A DNA stretch of 28,855 bases, taken from assembly GCA_013203565.1 (NCBI GenBank), contig JABMPZ010000093.1, forward strand, positions 1 through 28,855. The letters are read 5' to 3'. Both the position numbers and the translations under genes were made by a program. Within the stretch, counting starts at the first letter, position 1, and every line of letters begins with the position of its first letter. Source of the DNA: Parcubacteria group bacterium (GTDB lineage Bacteria > Patescibacteriota > Minisyncoccia > Minisyncoccales > CG1-02-41-26). Below are positions 1-9,184 of this stretch, piece by piece. The notes beneath the pieces are model-generated. The model saw nothing but the letters and a program-made list of their open reading frames with translations. It did no database searches and had not been told where the DNA came from.

Positions 1-1275
1 GGTGTTTATAGTATGGGAGATTATTTAGTTGGAGGTGAAATAGGTCTTTTTGATAATTCAAGAACAATTTTCCCAGAGCATAACTTTTTTCCTGCTGAAA
101 CTCGTATTATATTTGAGAAAAGAGGTTGGAAAACTATTACTGCATTTCAAACAAGGAATATACCACATCAAGGGCATGAGTTTTTACAGAAAAAAGCGCT
201 TGAACAAACAGATGGTTTGTTTATACAGCCCGTAATAGGGGAGAAAAAACTTGCTGACTTCAAAGACGAGTATATTTTAACCTCGTATGAGATTTTAATT
301 GACAAGTATTATCCAAAGCAAAAGGTTCTGCTCGGCATATTGCCATTAAAGATGAGGTATGCTGGTCCGAGAGAGGCAGTTTTTCACGCTTTAATCAGAA
401 AAAACTTTGGTTGCACACATTTTATTGTAGGAAGAGACCATGCTGGAGTCGGTGGTTACTATCCGCCGTTTGCTGCTCAAGAGATTTTTGATACATTCAA
501 AAAAGATGAGATTGGTATTGAAATTTTCAAATATCCTGAAGTTATTTTTTGTAATGAAGAAAAAAAACACTTATTTATTACTGACTGCCCACATAAAGAA
601 GAAAACAAATTGTCTTTTTCCGGGACTAAATTACGAGAGCATATAAAAAACAATGAATTACCTCCTGAATATATTATTAGACCAGAGGTTTTTAATATGA
701 TTTCTCAAAGCCATAACTCATTAGTTGATGATGTGTATAAAAATAATACAAAGAAACAGGGTTTTGTTCTTTGGTTTACTGGATTATCTCAATCAGGGAA
801 AACAACAATAGCTGATGGAGTATTTAAGATATTAGAAAAAAAAGGACTTAAACTTGAGAGGTTAGACGGGGATATTGTAAGAGAATCATTGAGTTCTGAC
901 CTTGGCTTTACACATAAAGACAGGCAAGAGAATATAAAAAGAGTGGCTTTTATGTCAAAGCTTTTAAGTAGAAATGGAGTTGGTGTTATTGCTTCTTTTA
1001 TATCTCCGTATAAAGAAATGAGGGAGAAAGTAAGACAACAAGTTGCCAATTTTATAGAGGTTTATACTAATGCACCTTTGGAAGTTTGTGAGGCAAGAGA
1101 TACAAAAGGACTTTATGCAAAAGCCAGAAAAGGAGAAATACAAAACTTTACTGGCATTTCCGACCCTTATGAAGCTCCAGAAAATCCAGAGATTGAATTA
1201 TTCACTAATAGAGAAACATTAGAAGAAAATATTGATGAAGTAATTAAGTATTTGGAGCAGAATAATCTTGTTTAA
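1..1275 (+). CDS. sat/cysC: Bifunctional ATP sulfurylase (Sat) / adenylyl-sulfate kinase (CysC) fusion, 5'-truncated by window edge
   Basis: Frame is open from base 1 (ggt gtt tat agt atg). Sat motifs FQTRNIPHQGH, RYAGPREAVFHALIRKNFGCTHFIVGRDHAG. APS kinase motifs WFTGLSQSGKTT, LDGDIVR, SFISPY, DTKGLYAKARKGEIQNFTGISDPYEAP. Confidence 0.96.
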   Translation, partial: GVYSMGDYLVGGEIGLFDNSRTIFPEHNFFPAETRIIFEKRGWKTITAFQTRNIPHQGHEFLQKKALEQTDGLFIQPVIGEKKLADFKDEYILTSYEILIDKYYPKQKVLLGILPLKMRYAGPREAVFHALIRKNFGCTHFIVGRDHAGVGGYYPPFAAQEIFDTFKKDEIGIEIFKYPEVIFCNEEKKHLFITDCPHKEENKLSFSGTKLREHIKNNELPPEYIIRPEVFNMISQSHNSLVDDVYKNNTKKQGFVLWFTGLSQSGKTTIADGVFKILEKKGLKLERLDGDIVRESLSSDLGFTHKDRQENIKRVAFMSKLLSRNGVGVIASFISPYKEMREKVRQQVANFIEVYTNAPLEVCEARDTKGLYAKARKGEIQNFTGISDPYEAPENPEIELFTNRETLEENIDEVIKYLEQNNLV

Positions 1276-2401
1276 CTTTTCGTTTGATTGTCTGCAACAT
1301 AAAGAAACATAATAGAATTACTAAAGGTATTATAGGGAGAGTATAGCGCGGATACGGAAACAGCACAGAATGCAAAGCCCAAAAATAGGCAATAAAGAGC
1401 CAAAGTAAAAGGATTTTTTTCTTTTTTATAAACTTTAAAGATAAGAAAGATAAAGCCAGCATAAGCAGAAACACGATTTTATAAATTAAAATCAAATAAA
1501 GCGCTGAAGGGTATTTTTGTGTTAAACGTTTAGCTTGTGTTCCTCCAGCTCCGGGTTTCCAAAAAAGATAGATATTTTGCAAACGAGAGACAATAATTTT
1601 ACCTAAAGTTGCTTCCCCTGGCTTTAATTTTTCTGTTTCTATGCTGAAATAGTCTATTTCTACAAAGGCCTTTTGAGTCACATTATGGAAGCCGGAACGG
1701 ATGGGTAGTAATTTGTTTAGTTCAACGTAATTTCTTATGGTCCAAGGTATAAGAGTTGCAAGAAAGATAAGAATTAAAAAACTAAGCTTAAGGAGTTGAG
1801 TTTTTTTTCTGAATTTTTTGAATAAAATCACAAAACCACCACATAACCAAATAGGCAGAAATAAAGCTGAAGGTCTTGTTAAAGTTGCTATTCCTAATGT
1901 TCCGCCTATGGCAGCGGCATTTAGATATTGGGGATTTTTTTGAAAACGTAAAACAAGATATACTAATAAAATCAGCATAAAGCTGAAAACAATTTCTGTG
2001 AGCAGTAAATTAGAGTAAAGTAAAAAATAAGGCCAAAGCACTACAATTATTGATGCAGATAAAGCTAAAACAAAAGATAGGTTTAAGAAATTTTTGGCAA
2101 TGAAGTAAACAAATAGACTGATTAGCCCTAAAATCAATATTTGGATGATTTTAACATAAGTATAATTGTGTCCGAAAACAACATAAATACCAGACAGAAA
2201 AAACGGATACACAGGCGCTCCGTCAGCAGATGAACCATATTCAGTGAATCCATTGCCTTGAGACAAATTTACTGCTGTGTTATCATATGACAAGGCGTCT
2301 TGCGTTACCCCAAAGTCAGGCACAAATTTTAGCCAAATTCCACCTGCTAAAGAAACAAGAATAAATATTGAAACTAAGGCGATTATATCTTTTTTAAGCA
2401 T
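1244..2401 (-). CDS. GT-C fold membrane glycosyltransferase (PMT_2 / ArnT-like, GT39/GT83-like), paralog 1
   Basis: Many hydrophobic helices. Loop motif DALSYDNTAVNLSQGNG, plus PVYPFFL, WPYFLLYSNLLLTE, LTRP, PWTIRNY, PRYTLP. Start reassigned from 2521 to ATG 2401 because the longer ORF runs antisense through the sulfotransferase and a promoter lies just upstream of 2401. Confidence 0.82.
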   Translation of the reverse strand: MLKKDIIALVSIFILVSLAGGIWLKFVPDFGVTQDALSYDNTAVNLSQGNGFTEYGSSADGAPVYPFFLSGIYVVFGHNYTYVKIIQILILGLISLFVYFIAKNFLNLSFVLALSASIIVVLWPYFLLYSNLLLTEIVFSFMLILLVYLVLRFQKNPQYLNAAAIGGTLGIATLTRPSALFLPIWLCGGFVILFKKFRKKTQLLKLSFLILIFLATLIPWTIRNYVELNKLLPIRSGFHNVTQKAFVEIDYFSIETEKLKPGEATLGKIIVSRLQNIYLFWKPGAGGTQAKRLTQKYPSALYLILIYKIVFLLMLALSFLSLKFIKKKKILLLWLFIAYFWALHSVLFPYPRYTLPIIPLVILLCFFMLQTIKRKVKQDYSAPNT

Positions 2402-2417
2402 ATATTTTAATTCTTCT

Positions 2418-2447
2418 ATTATAACAAAAAATAATACAAAATGAAAA
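2418..2447 (-). promoter_or_regulatory. Putative sigma70 promoter for GT-C paralog 1 (extended -10)
   Basis: Minus strand reads TG-T-TATAAT (2426->2418), with -35-like TTTTCA (2447->2442) at an 18-bp spacer. The predicted leader is about 10 nt before ATG 2401. Confidence 0.6.
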
Positions 2448-3319
2448 GAAACGTTGATTTTATTGGTATTGGCGCTCCAAGGTCCGGTACCACATGGCTC
2501 TTTACCTGCTTTAAGGAGCATCCGGAAATTTGTATGTCTAATATTAAAGAAACAAATTTCTTTACTGATTTTTTGGTATCAGCAAAAAACAGAAACATTA
2601 AAAAGTATGAGAGATTCTTTAGTCATTGCGCTGACGGCGCAGTGATTGGAGAATTCTCCCCACACTATTTATCTGATGAAAAAGCCCCCTTTCTTATTAA
2701 AAAGAATTTTCCTAATGTGAAATTGATTGCTTGTTTTAGGAACCCTGTTGAACAGCTTTACTCTTACTATCGCTTTACTAAGCAAAGAGGCAGGCATAGT
2801 TTCCAAAGCTTTGAGGAGTTTTTAGAGAAAGAAGATTTTGGAGCAAAGAAAAAAGTTCTTTATTATGTCAACTTGAAAAAATGGCTTCATGTTTTTTCAA
2901 GAGAACAGATTTTAATTTTAATTTATAAAGACATTTCAGAAAATCCCAAGCATGTTCTTAGGCAAACATTTGAATTCTTAAATGTTGATAAAAATTTTAT
3001 TCCTTCAAAAGCCAATGAAAAAGTAAATCCAAGCGGTGAATTTAAGGGGTGGTTTTTATCGCGGCTTGCCTACAAGATAATATATTTTTTACAAGGTAGG
3101 GCACGGGGAGATAAGGTGATTGCATGGTTGTTGAGATCGAGAATAAAAGTATTATTTGATAGAGCCATGCAGTCATCCACAAAACAAAAAAAACAACCAA
3201 GCGCTACTCAAGAGCCAATCAGCCCTTCAATAAGAAAAAAATTGCAAAAAATGTATGAAGAAGACATAAAAGGAATAGAGAGTTTAATCAATAGGGATTT
3301 GAGTTTTTGGAGGCAATAA
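2441..3319 (+). CDS. PAPS-dependent sulfotransferase (Sulfotransfer_1/3; resembles heparan-sulfate-type sulfotransferase domain)
   Basis: 5'-PSB loop IGAPRSGTTWL, HPEI..S..KETNFF, GEFSPHY, 3'-PB-like FRNPVEQLYSYY. Adjacent to sat/cysC. Confidence 0.9.
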   Translation: MKRNVDFIGIGAPRSGTTWLFTCFKEHPEICMSNIKETNFFTDFLVSAKNRNIKKYERFFSHCADGAVIGEFSPHYLSDEKAPFLIKKNFPNVKLIACFRNPVEQLYSYYRFTKQRGRHSFQSFEEFLEKEDFGAKKKVLYYVNLKKWLHVFSREQILILIYKDISENPKHVLRQTFEFLNVDKNFIPSKANEKVNPSGEFKGWFLSRLAYKIIYFLQGRARGDKVIAWLLRSRIKVLFDRAMQSSTKQKKQPSATQEPISPSIRKKLQKMYEEDIKGIESLINRDLSFWRQ

Positions 3320-3368
3320 GGTAATATGAAAGTGAGCGCCAGTTTATTTATAAGGCTTATTATTTTTT

Positions 3369-5324
3369 ATGTGCGGTATTTTTGGAATTGCAACAAATAA
3401 AAACTCAGGTTTTTCTTCGGAATTGCTGAAAGATTCAGCAGATAAATTATTTCGTTTTTCAGAGTCCCGAGGTAAAGAGGCATCTGGGGTTGCTTTGTTT
3501 AGACAAGGCAAAATTCAAATATATAAAAGACCTGAACCAGCTTCTCGTTTAATTAAAAGTAAAGAGTATGGAGATTTATTTAGGTCTCCTGCTTCAACGT
3601 TGTCGGATATCAGTGCTTTGATAGGCCACGCCAGATTGGTAACCAATGGGGCGCTGGAAGATAACAGAAATAATCAGCCAGTGGTAAAGCAGGGGATAGC
3701 AGCCGTGCATAACGGCATTATAGTGAATGATAATGAGATTTGGGAAGCATTTAGCCAATTAAAAAGAGAGTATGAAGTGGATACAGAAGTAATGTTAGCT
3801 TTATTAGAAATGTTTCTCAGCAAGGGTAGTTCTGTATCTGATTCTTTTCAGGATGTTTTTAGTATTATCAAGGGCGCTGCTTCAGTGGCATTATTGTTTG
3901 AGAAAAAAAGTAAGATGGTATTAGCCACTAATACCGGCTCTCTTTATGTTTGCTGGAGCCGAAATAAAGATGTATTGTTTTTTGCTTCCGAGCTTTACAT
4001 TTTAAAGAAGTTTTTAAAATGGAGAAAATTAAAATTTTTAGGGCCTTGCAAAATATCACAAGTTAAACCTATGTCCGGCTTGGTAATTGATTTAGAGGAT
4101 TTAGGCGCTAAGCAGTTTTTCATGAAAAAAACCAAGTTTTCAGAAGTGGCGGAAAGAACAGTACAGCCCAAGTCTTCAGAAGTTATCAGGGCTCTTGTGC
4201 CTAAAAGCTTAATTATTGATAACCAGAGCCAGGTGGCTGGATTAAAACGTTGCTCTCGTTGTATTTTGCCTGAAACAATGCCTTTTATTGATTTTGATAA
4301 TCAAGGAGTTTGTAATTATTGCCGTGAATACAAGAAGGTGAAGCTGAAGGGTAAGGAGGCATTGGAAAAAGTTCTTGCTGGTTATAGAGCCAATACAGAA
4401 AAGCTTAATGTCATAGTACCCTTAAGCGGCGGAAGGGATTCTTGCTTTACACTTCATTATGCAAAAAATATTTTAGGGCTATCTCCAATTGCATATACTT
4501 ATGATTGGGGCATGGTAACCGATTTAGCCAGAAGGAATCAAGCCAGGATTTGCGGACAATTAGGCGTGGAGCATATTTTAGTTTCGGCTGACATAAGAAA
4601 GAAACGGGAGAACATCAGGAAAAATGTTTCAGCTTGGCTTAAAAAGCCCAATTTAGGTACAGTGCCACTTTTTATGGCAGGGGATAAGCAGTATTTTTAC
4701 TATGCTAATCAGCTTAGTAAGCAAACAAATATAAAGTTGATACTTTTTGGTTCTAACCCTTATGAAAAAACTGATTTCAAGTATGGCTTTTGTAAAGTAA
4801 AGCAAGGCACGGTATCCGAGAAACAAACAAAGCATGCTGTTATTTCAAACATAAATAAATTCAAGATAGCTTTTTATTATACGAGCCAGTTTTTCCGAAA
4901 CCCAGCTTATTTAAATAGTTCTCTTTTGGATACTTTTACTGGTTATCTTTCTTATTATTTTATTCCACATAATTATCTACTTTTCTACAGATATAGGCGG
5001 TGGGATGAAAAAGAAGTGGTTTCAACACTGTTAGAACAATATAATTGGGAATTATCTGAGGATACTAAAGACACCTGGCGCATAGGGGACGGCACTGCTC
5101 CTTTTTATAATTACATTTATTATACAATTGCTGGTTTTACTGAAAATGATACTTTTAGGTCTAATCAGATAAGAGAAGGGGTGATAACAAGAGATGAGGC
5201 CTTGAAAGCAGTAAAAGAAAGTAATCAGCCAAGATATCCGTCAATCAAATGGTATTGCGATACTATAGGTATTGACTTTGAGGAAACTTTGAAGATAATT
5301 AACTCAGTTCCACGTTTGTATTAA
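3369..5324 (+). CDS. Fusion: class II (Ntn) glutamine amidotransferase + N-acetyl sugar amidotransferase (WbpG/WbuX/PseA-like, PP-loop)
   Basis: N-terminal MCGIFG (Cys nucleophile), SRGKEASG, IGHARLVTNG, NNQPV, HNGIIVN, DTEV. C-terminal CSRCILP...GVCNYC Cys cluster and PP-loop SGGRDS. Confidence 0.8.
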   Translation: MCGIFGIATNKNSGFSSELLKDSADKLFRFSESRGKEASGVALFRQGKIQIYKRPEPASRLIKSKEYGDLFRSPASTLSDISALIGHARLVTNGALEDNRNNQPVVKQGIAAVHNGIIVNDNEIWEAFSQLKREYEVDTEVMLALLEMFLSKGSSVSDSFQDVFSIIKGAASVALLFEKKSKMVLATNTGSLYVCWSRNKDVLFFASELYILKKFLKWRKLKFLGPCKISQVKPMSGLVIDLEDLGAKQFFMKKTKFSEVAERTVQPKSSEVIRALVPKSLIIDNQSQVAGLKRCSRCILPETMPFIDFDNQGVCNYCREYKKVKLKGKEALEKVLAGYRANTEKLNVIVPLSGGRDSCFTLHYAKNILGLSPIAYTYDWGMVTDLARRNQARICGQLGVEHILVSADIRKKRENIRKNVSAWLKKPNLGTVPLFMAGDKQYFYYANQLSKQTNIKLILFGSNPYEKTDFKYGFCKVKQGTVSEKQTKHAVISNINKFKIAFYYTSQFFRNPAYLNSSLLDTFTGYLSYYFIPHNYLLFYRYRRWDEKEVVSTLLEQYNWELSEDTKDTWRIGDGTAPFYNYIYYTIAGFTENDTFRSNQIREGVITRDEALKAVKESNQPRYPSIKWYCDTIGIDFEETLKIINSVPRLY

Positions 5325-5336
5325 TCAGAGAAAAAT

Positions 5337-6308
5337 ATGAAACTTGCTGTTATTATTCCTGCCTATAATGAGCAGGAGACAATTCAATCGGTAATTCAGA
5401 AAATTCCCGTAAAGATTAAAGGGCTTTCTCATCAAGAAGTGATTGTGGTTGATGACGGTTCAACAGACCAAACAGCTCAATTAGCCAGAGAGGCCGTGGC
5501 TTTGGTTGTGTCTCACACTAAAAATCGGGGAGTGGGCGTTGCTTTTACTACTGGTGTTGATGTTGCCCTGCGCCGGGGAGCGGATTTGGTTGTTACCTGC
5601 GATGCCGATAATCAGTTTGACCCGTCTGAAATTCCAAAACTCTTAGAGCCGATTTTAGCTGCACAAGCAGATGTTGTTTTAGGTTCTCGGTTCTCTCCAG
5701 GGTCTGTTCTTTCTGGCATACCAAGAGTTAAACTCTGGGGCAATAAGTTCATGTCTTGGTTTTTGAGCTGGATTTGCAAAGAGAAATTTTCAGATGTTTC
5801 TTGCGGGTTTAGGGCTTATTCCAAGGAGGCGCTTTTATGGACCAATCTTTTTGGGGAATTTACATATACCCACGAGGCGGTCTTGAGCTTAAGCTTTAAA
5901 AACTTGAGGATAAAAGAGGTGCCAATTACAACTCTTTATTTCCCAGAGCGGGTTTCTTCTGTGAGTGGCAACTTGGTTGCTTACGGGTTTAGGTCTTTAA
6001 GGATTATTCTTCAGGCAATTCTTGGCTACCGGCCCTTTAAGTTTTTTGGAACTTTGGGCGGTTTGATTTTCGTAATAGGAGTTTTACTGGATTTGGTGAT
6101 GATGATTATTTTTTGGCAAACCAGCAGTTTTTCTCCGTACAGGTTTATTGGCATTTCTGGGCTGATATTTAATATTGTGGGCATAGCCGCTTTTATTGTT
6201 GGCTTAGCAGCTGGCTTGCTGAATAGGGTTCGTCAGAACCAGGAGAGGATTCTTTATTTTTTAAAAAAGCGGGCTTATTCAGATTCTTCAAATCATTTCT
6301 CCAAATAA
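5337..6308 (+). CDS. GT2 polyprenol-phosphate glycosyltransferase (DPM synthase/GtrB-like) with two C-terminal TM helices
   Basis: IIPAYNE, VVDDGSTDQT, NRGVGVAF, DADNQFDP, VLGSRF, SDVSCGFRAYS, and a hydrophobic C-terminus. Confidence 0.87.
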   Translation: MKLAVIIPAYNEQETIQSVIQKIPVKIKGLSHQEVIVVDDGSTDQTAQLAREAVALVVSHTKNRGVGVAFTTGVDVALRRGADLVVTCDADNQFDPSEIPKLLEPILAAQADVVLGSRFSPGSVLSGIPRVKLWGNKFMSWFLSWICKEKFSDVSCGFRAYSKEALLWTNLFGEFTYTHEAVLSLSFKNLRIKEVPITTLYFPERVSSVSGNLVAYGFRSLRIILQAILGYRPFKFFGTLGGLIFVIGVLLDLVMMIIFWQTSSFSPYRFIGISGLIFNIVGIAAFIVGLAAGLLNRVRQNQERILYFLKKRAYSDSSNHFSK

Positions 6309-7591
6309 TGGATTTCTCTCCACGAAAAATTATCTTGGGAAAGTTTGGCAAAGATGTGGCTTGGTATGTGGCTAGTTTAATCACGCTTGCTGTTTGCGGC
6401 GTTGCTTTGAATATACTGATAGCTTGGGTTTACGGGGCAAGTGTACTCGGAGCCTTTAATCAGGTGTATGCTGTTTACATATTATTATCCCAGCTTGCTG
6501 TTTTTGGTATTCATTTTTCTGTATTAAAGAACATTTCGCAATTCAGAGCAGAGAAAGCGCTATGTAGTAAGATTATTTCTTCAGCTCTTGTTATAACATT
6601 GCTGTTGTCTGTGTTAATTATTCTGGTTAGTTTTGGTTTGAGAGGATGGATAGGTGATATTTTACAGAGCCCAATGGTGGCTTCAGGTTTAAAATATGCT
6701 CTGCCTGGGCTTTTGTTTTTTGCCTTAAACAAGGTTTTATTGGCTGTGCTAAATAGTACAAGACAAATGAAAGCATATGCCGTTGGTTTGGGTTTGCGAT
6801 ATGTTCTAATGCTTTGTTTTTTGATTGGCCTTATCTTATTTAAAGCATCAGGCAATATTCTGCCTCTTTTATTTACTGCAAGCGAATGTATATTATTTTT
6901 TTGGCTTCTGTCTTATGTAGGCAGAATTTATCCCTTTGTTGGTTTTTCAAAATGGTCTGGCTGGTTTAAAAAACATTTCCTTTTTGGTTTACGAGCTTTT
7001 GGCGGTGGAGCATTATCAGAAATCAATACAAGGGTTGATGTTTTAATGCTTGGCTTTTTTACAGGTGACTCAATAGTGGGTATTTACAGCTTGGCTGCTA
7101 TATTAGCTGAAGGCCTGCTCCAGCTTACAGTGGCGTTTAGGGCAAATGTCAATCCAATACTCTCCAAGCTTTATTTTGAAAAAGGAGCAAATGAATTGAA
7201 AAAAATTATCAAACAGGGTATTAAAATGTGTTATCCAGTTATGGCAGGAGTTGGTACCTTGGCTATAATAGCTTATCCGCTTCTTATACGTTTGTTCTTG
7301 GGCGCAGATAATGTTTTTATGTTAAGCTGGCCAGTGTTTTTCATTTTAACACTTGGTATTATGGCAAGCGCGGGGTATATGCCTTTTTCGATGCTCTTAA
7401 ATCAAACAGGATTTCCCGGCTCGCAAACTACGCTCAGAGCCTTAGTTTTATTAACTAATATTATTTTAAACTTAGCTCTTATTCCTATTTTAGGAATGTA
7501 TGGAGCAGCCATAGCCACTAGCTTCTCATTTGTTGTGCTTATGGGTTTTTTGAAATTATTTGTAAATCACCAATTAAAAATTAAAATTTAA
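6308..7591 (+). CDS. wzx: Wzx-type oligosaccharide flippase (Polysacc_synt/MOP family) 1
   Basis: About 12 hydrophobic segments. Motifs LGAFNQVY, RVDVLMLGFF...VGIYSLA, LNLALIPILGMYGAAIATS. TAATG overlap with upstream GT2. Confidence 0.87.
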   Translation: MDFSPRKIILGKFGKDVAWYVASLITLAVCGVALNILIAWVYGASVLGAFNQVYAVYILLSQLAVFGIHFSVLKNISQFRAEKALCSKIISSALVITLLLSVLIILVSFGLRGWIGDILQSPMVASGLKYALPGLLFFALNKVLLAVLNSTRQMKAYAVGLGLRYVLMLCFLIGLILFKASGNILPLLFTASECILFFWLLSYVGRIYPFVGFSKWSGWFKKHFLFGLRAFGGGALSEINTRVDVLMLGFFTGDSIVGIYSLAAILAEGLLQLTVAFRANVNPILSKLYFEKGANELKKIIKQGIKMCYPVMAGVGTLAIIAYPLLIRLFLGADNVFMLSWPVFFILTLGIMASAGYMPFSMLLNQTGFPGSQTTLRALVLLTNIILNLALIPILGMYGAAIATSFSFVVLMGFLKLFVNHQLKIKI

Positions 7592-7592
7592 A

Positions 7593-8183
7593 ATGAAAGA
7601 GTTTATACCACATTCTAAATATTCGCAAGCTAATTTTCTTACTCAAAAACTTATTGATGGATTTTATAATAAAGTGAGTAAGTTGGTTTCTAATTTAGAA
7701 GCAAACAAGGTATTAGAGGTTGGTTGCGGGCATGGTTTTTCTACTGCTTACTTAAAACATTTTTTTTCAGGAAAACATTTTGAGGCGTCAGAGCTTTTGC
7801 AAAGTTCTGTAAACAAAGCTCAAAAAATGCATCCTGAAATCAAAATATATCAGGAATCAATTTATGATTTAAAAAGAAAGGAATCTTGTTTTGATTTAAT
7901 TTTAGCGCTTGAGGTTTTAGAGCACCTTGAAGATCCAAAGTTAGCTTTAAGACAAATGCATAGAGTAAGTTCCAGATATTGTTTGGTTTCTGTTCCAAGA
8001 GAGCCATTGTGGAGAATTTTTAATATGTGCCGTTTGAAATATGTCAGAAGCGCGGGAAACACACCAGGACATTTGAATCATTGGTCTAAAAAAGATTTTA
8101 TCAGGTTTGCTGACGATTACTTTTCAATTGAGGAAATAGCCCTCCCTCTGCCTTGGATGATATTTTTAATGAAAAAAAGATAA
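7593..8183 (+). CDS. Class I SAM-dependent methyltransferase
   Basis: VLEVGCGHG motif I, FDLILALEVLEHLEDP, SVPREP, GNTPGHLNHWS. Confidence 0.85.
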   Translation: MKEFIPHSKYSQANFLTQKLIDGFYNKVSKLVSNLEANKVLEVGCGHGFSTAYLKHFFSGKHFEASELLQSSVNKAQKMHPEIKIYQESIYDLKRKESCFDLILALEVLEHLEDPKLALRQMHRVSSRYCLVSVPREPLWRIFNMCRLKYVRSAGNTPGHLNHWSKKDFIRFADDYFSIEEIALPLPWMIFLMKKR

Positions 8184-8212
8184 TTTTCAAAGCAAATCAA
8201 AATTCGCATTTT

Positions 8213-9184
8213 ATGAACATAAGAAATAAAATTTATTTGCTGAAAAGAATGTTAAAATCCAGAGGTGTTTTGTTTAGCTTAAAGGTTTTTCTTCGTGCGA
8301 TAGAGCGCTTTTTCAGAAAGAATGTTTTGTTTCAGGAATATATTACCAAGAAAATTAATTCCATATATTTAATGAAGTTTTCTCTTAGAAAAAAAGCCCA
8401 GCATAGGGCATTATGTTTATTTAGAACATGGGAAGAATTAGAAACTGCAATTGTACAAAAAGTTGTTAAAGAGAATATGCATGTATTAGATTTAGGAGCT
8501 AACATTGGATATTATTCGTTTTTATTTGCTATGTTAGTAAAAGGGCAGGGGAAAGTGTATGCTGTAGAGCCATTACCACGAAATTTTACTCAATTAAAAG
8601 AAAATGTTTTACTCAATGGATTGCATAGTTTGATTTCTGTGGAGAATATAGCAATTTCTGATAAAACAGGAGTTATGGAGTTTTTCATTGGAAGAACTGA
8701 TAATGTTGGTAGTTTAGTGAAGATTGCAACAGACAGGCAGACAGGACAGAATATAGAAGTAAAAACTTTTTCTTTAGTTGATTACCTAAAAGATAAACCT
8801 TGTATGGATTTTATCAGAATGGACATTGAAAGGGGAGAGCTCAAGATTTTCAAGAATTTAATAGAACGAGGTTCTGAATTAGATAATAAATATCCAAAAA
8901 GAATTTTCTTTGAGATTCATCCAATAGGAACTGAAGACCCTGACGCTACATACACTTCTGTTTTACAAGGGCTTATGAAAATTGGGTATTGTGCTGAATA
9001 TGTTATTCCTTCCTCAAATCCTTTAGCCATGAAACAATTTCAATCCTTAGGCTATGTGCCTGAAAAGATCACTTCAACAGAAAATCTTTTATTTCGTGAT
9101 ATAAGAAACGAGCACCTACTTGAAGTAGCTGCTCGTCGTCCCAAAATCACAAGAGCGATTTTAATGCGCCTTAGTTCTGTTTAG
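8213..9184 (+). CDS. FkbM-family methyltransferase
   Basis: VLDLGANIGYYS, VYAVEP, FIRMDIERGE, FFEIHP. Start reassigned to ATG 8213 to avoid overlap with the upstream gene. Confidence 0.8.
   Translation: MNIRNKIYLLKRMLKSRGVLFSLKVFLRAIERFFRKNVLFQEYITKKINSIYLMKFSLRKKAQHRALCLFRTWEELETAIVQKVVKENMHVLDLGANIGYYSFLFAMLVKGQGKVYAVEPLPRNFTQLKENVLLNGLHSLISVENIAISDKTGVMEFFIGRTDNVGSLVKIATDRQTGQNIEVKTFSLVDYLKDKPCMDFIRMDIERGELKIFKNLIERGSELDNKYPKRIFFEIHPIGTEDPDATYTSVLQGLMKIGYCAEYVIPSSNPLAMKQFQSLGYVPEKITSTENLLFRDIRNEHLLEVAARRPKITRAILMRLSSV

Noticed and set aside
2402-2521. 40-aa N-terminal extension of the minus-strand GT-C ORF
   Set aside because: Runs antisense through the sulfotransferase start. A good promoter sits just upstream of ATG 2401, and paralog similarity begins after it.
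3326-3400. 24-aa ORF MKVSASLFIRLIIFYVRYFWNCNK overlapping the amidotransferase start
   Set aside because: Out of frame, overlapping and unsupported. Likely chance.
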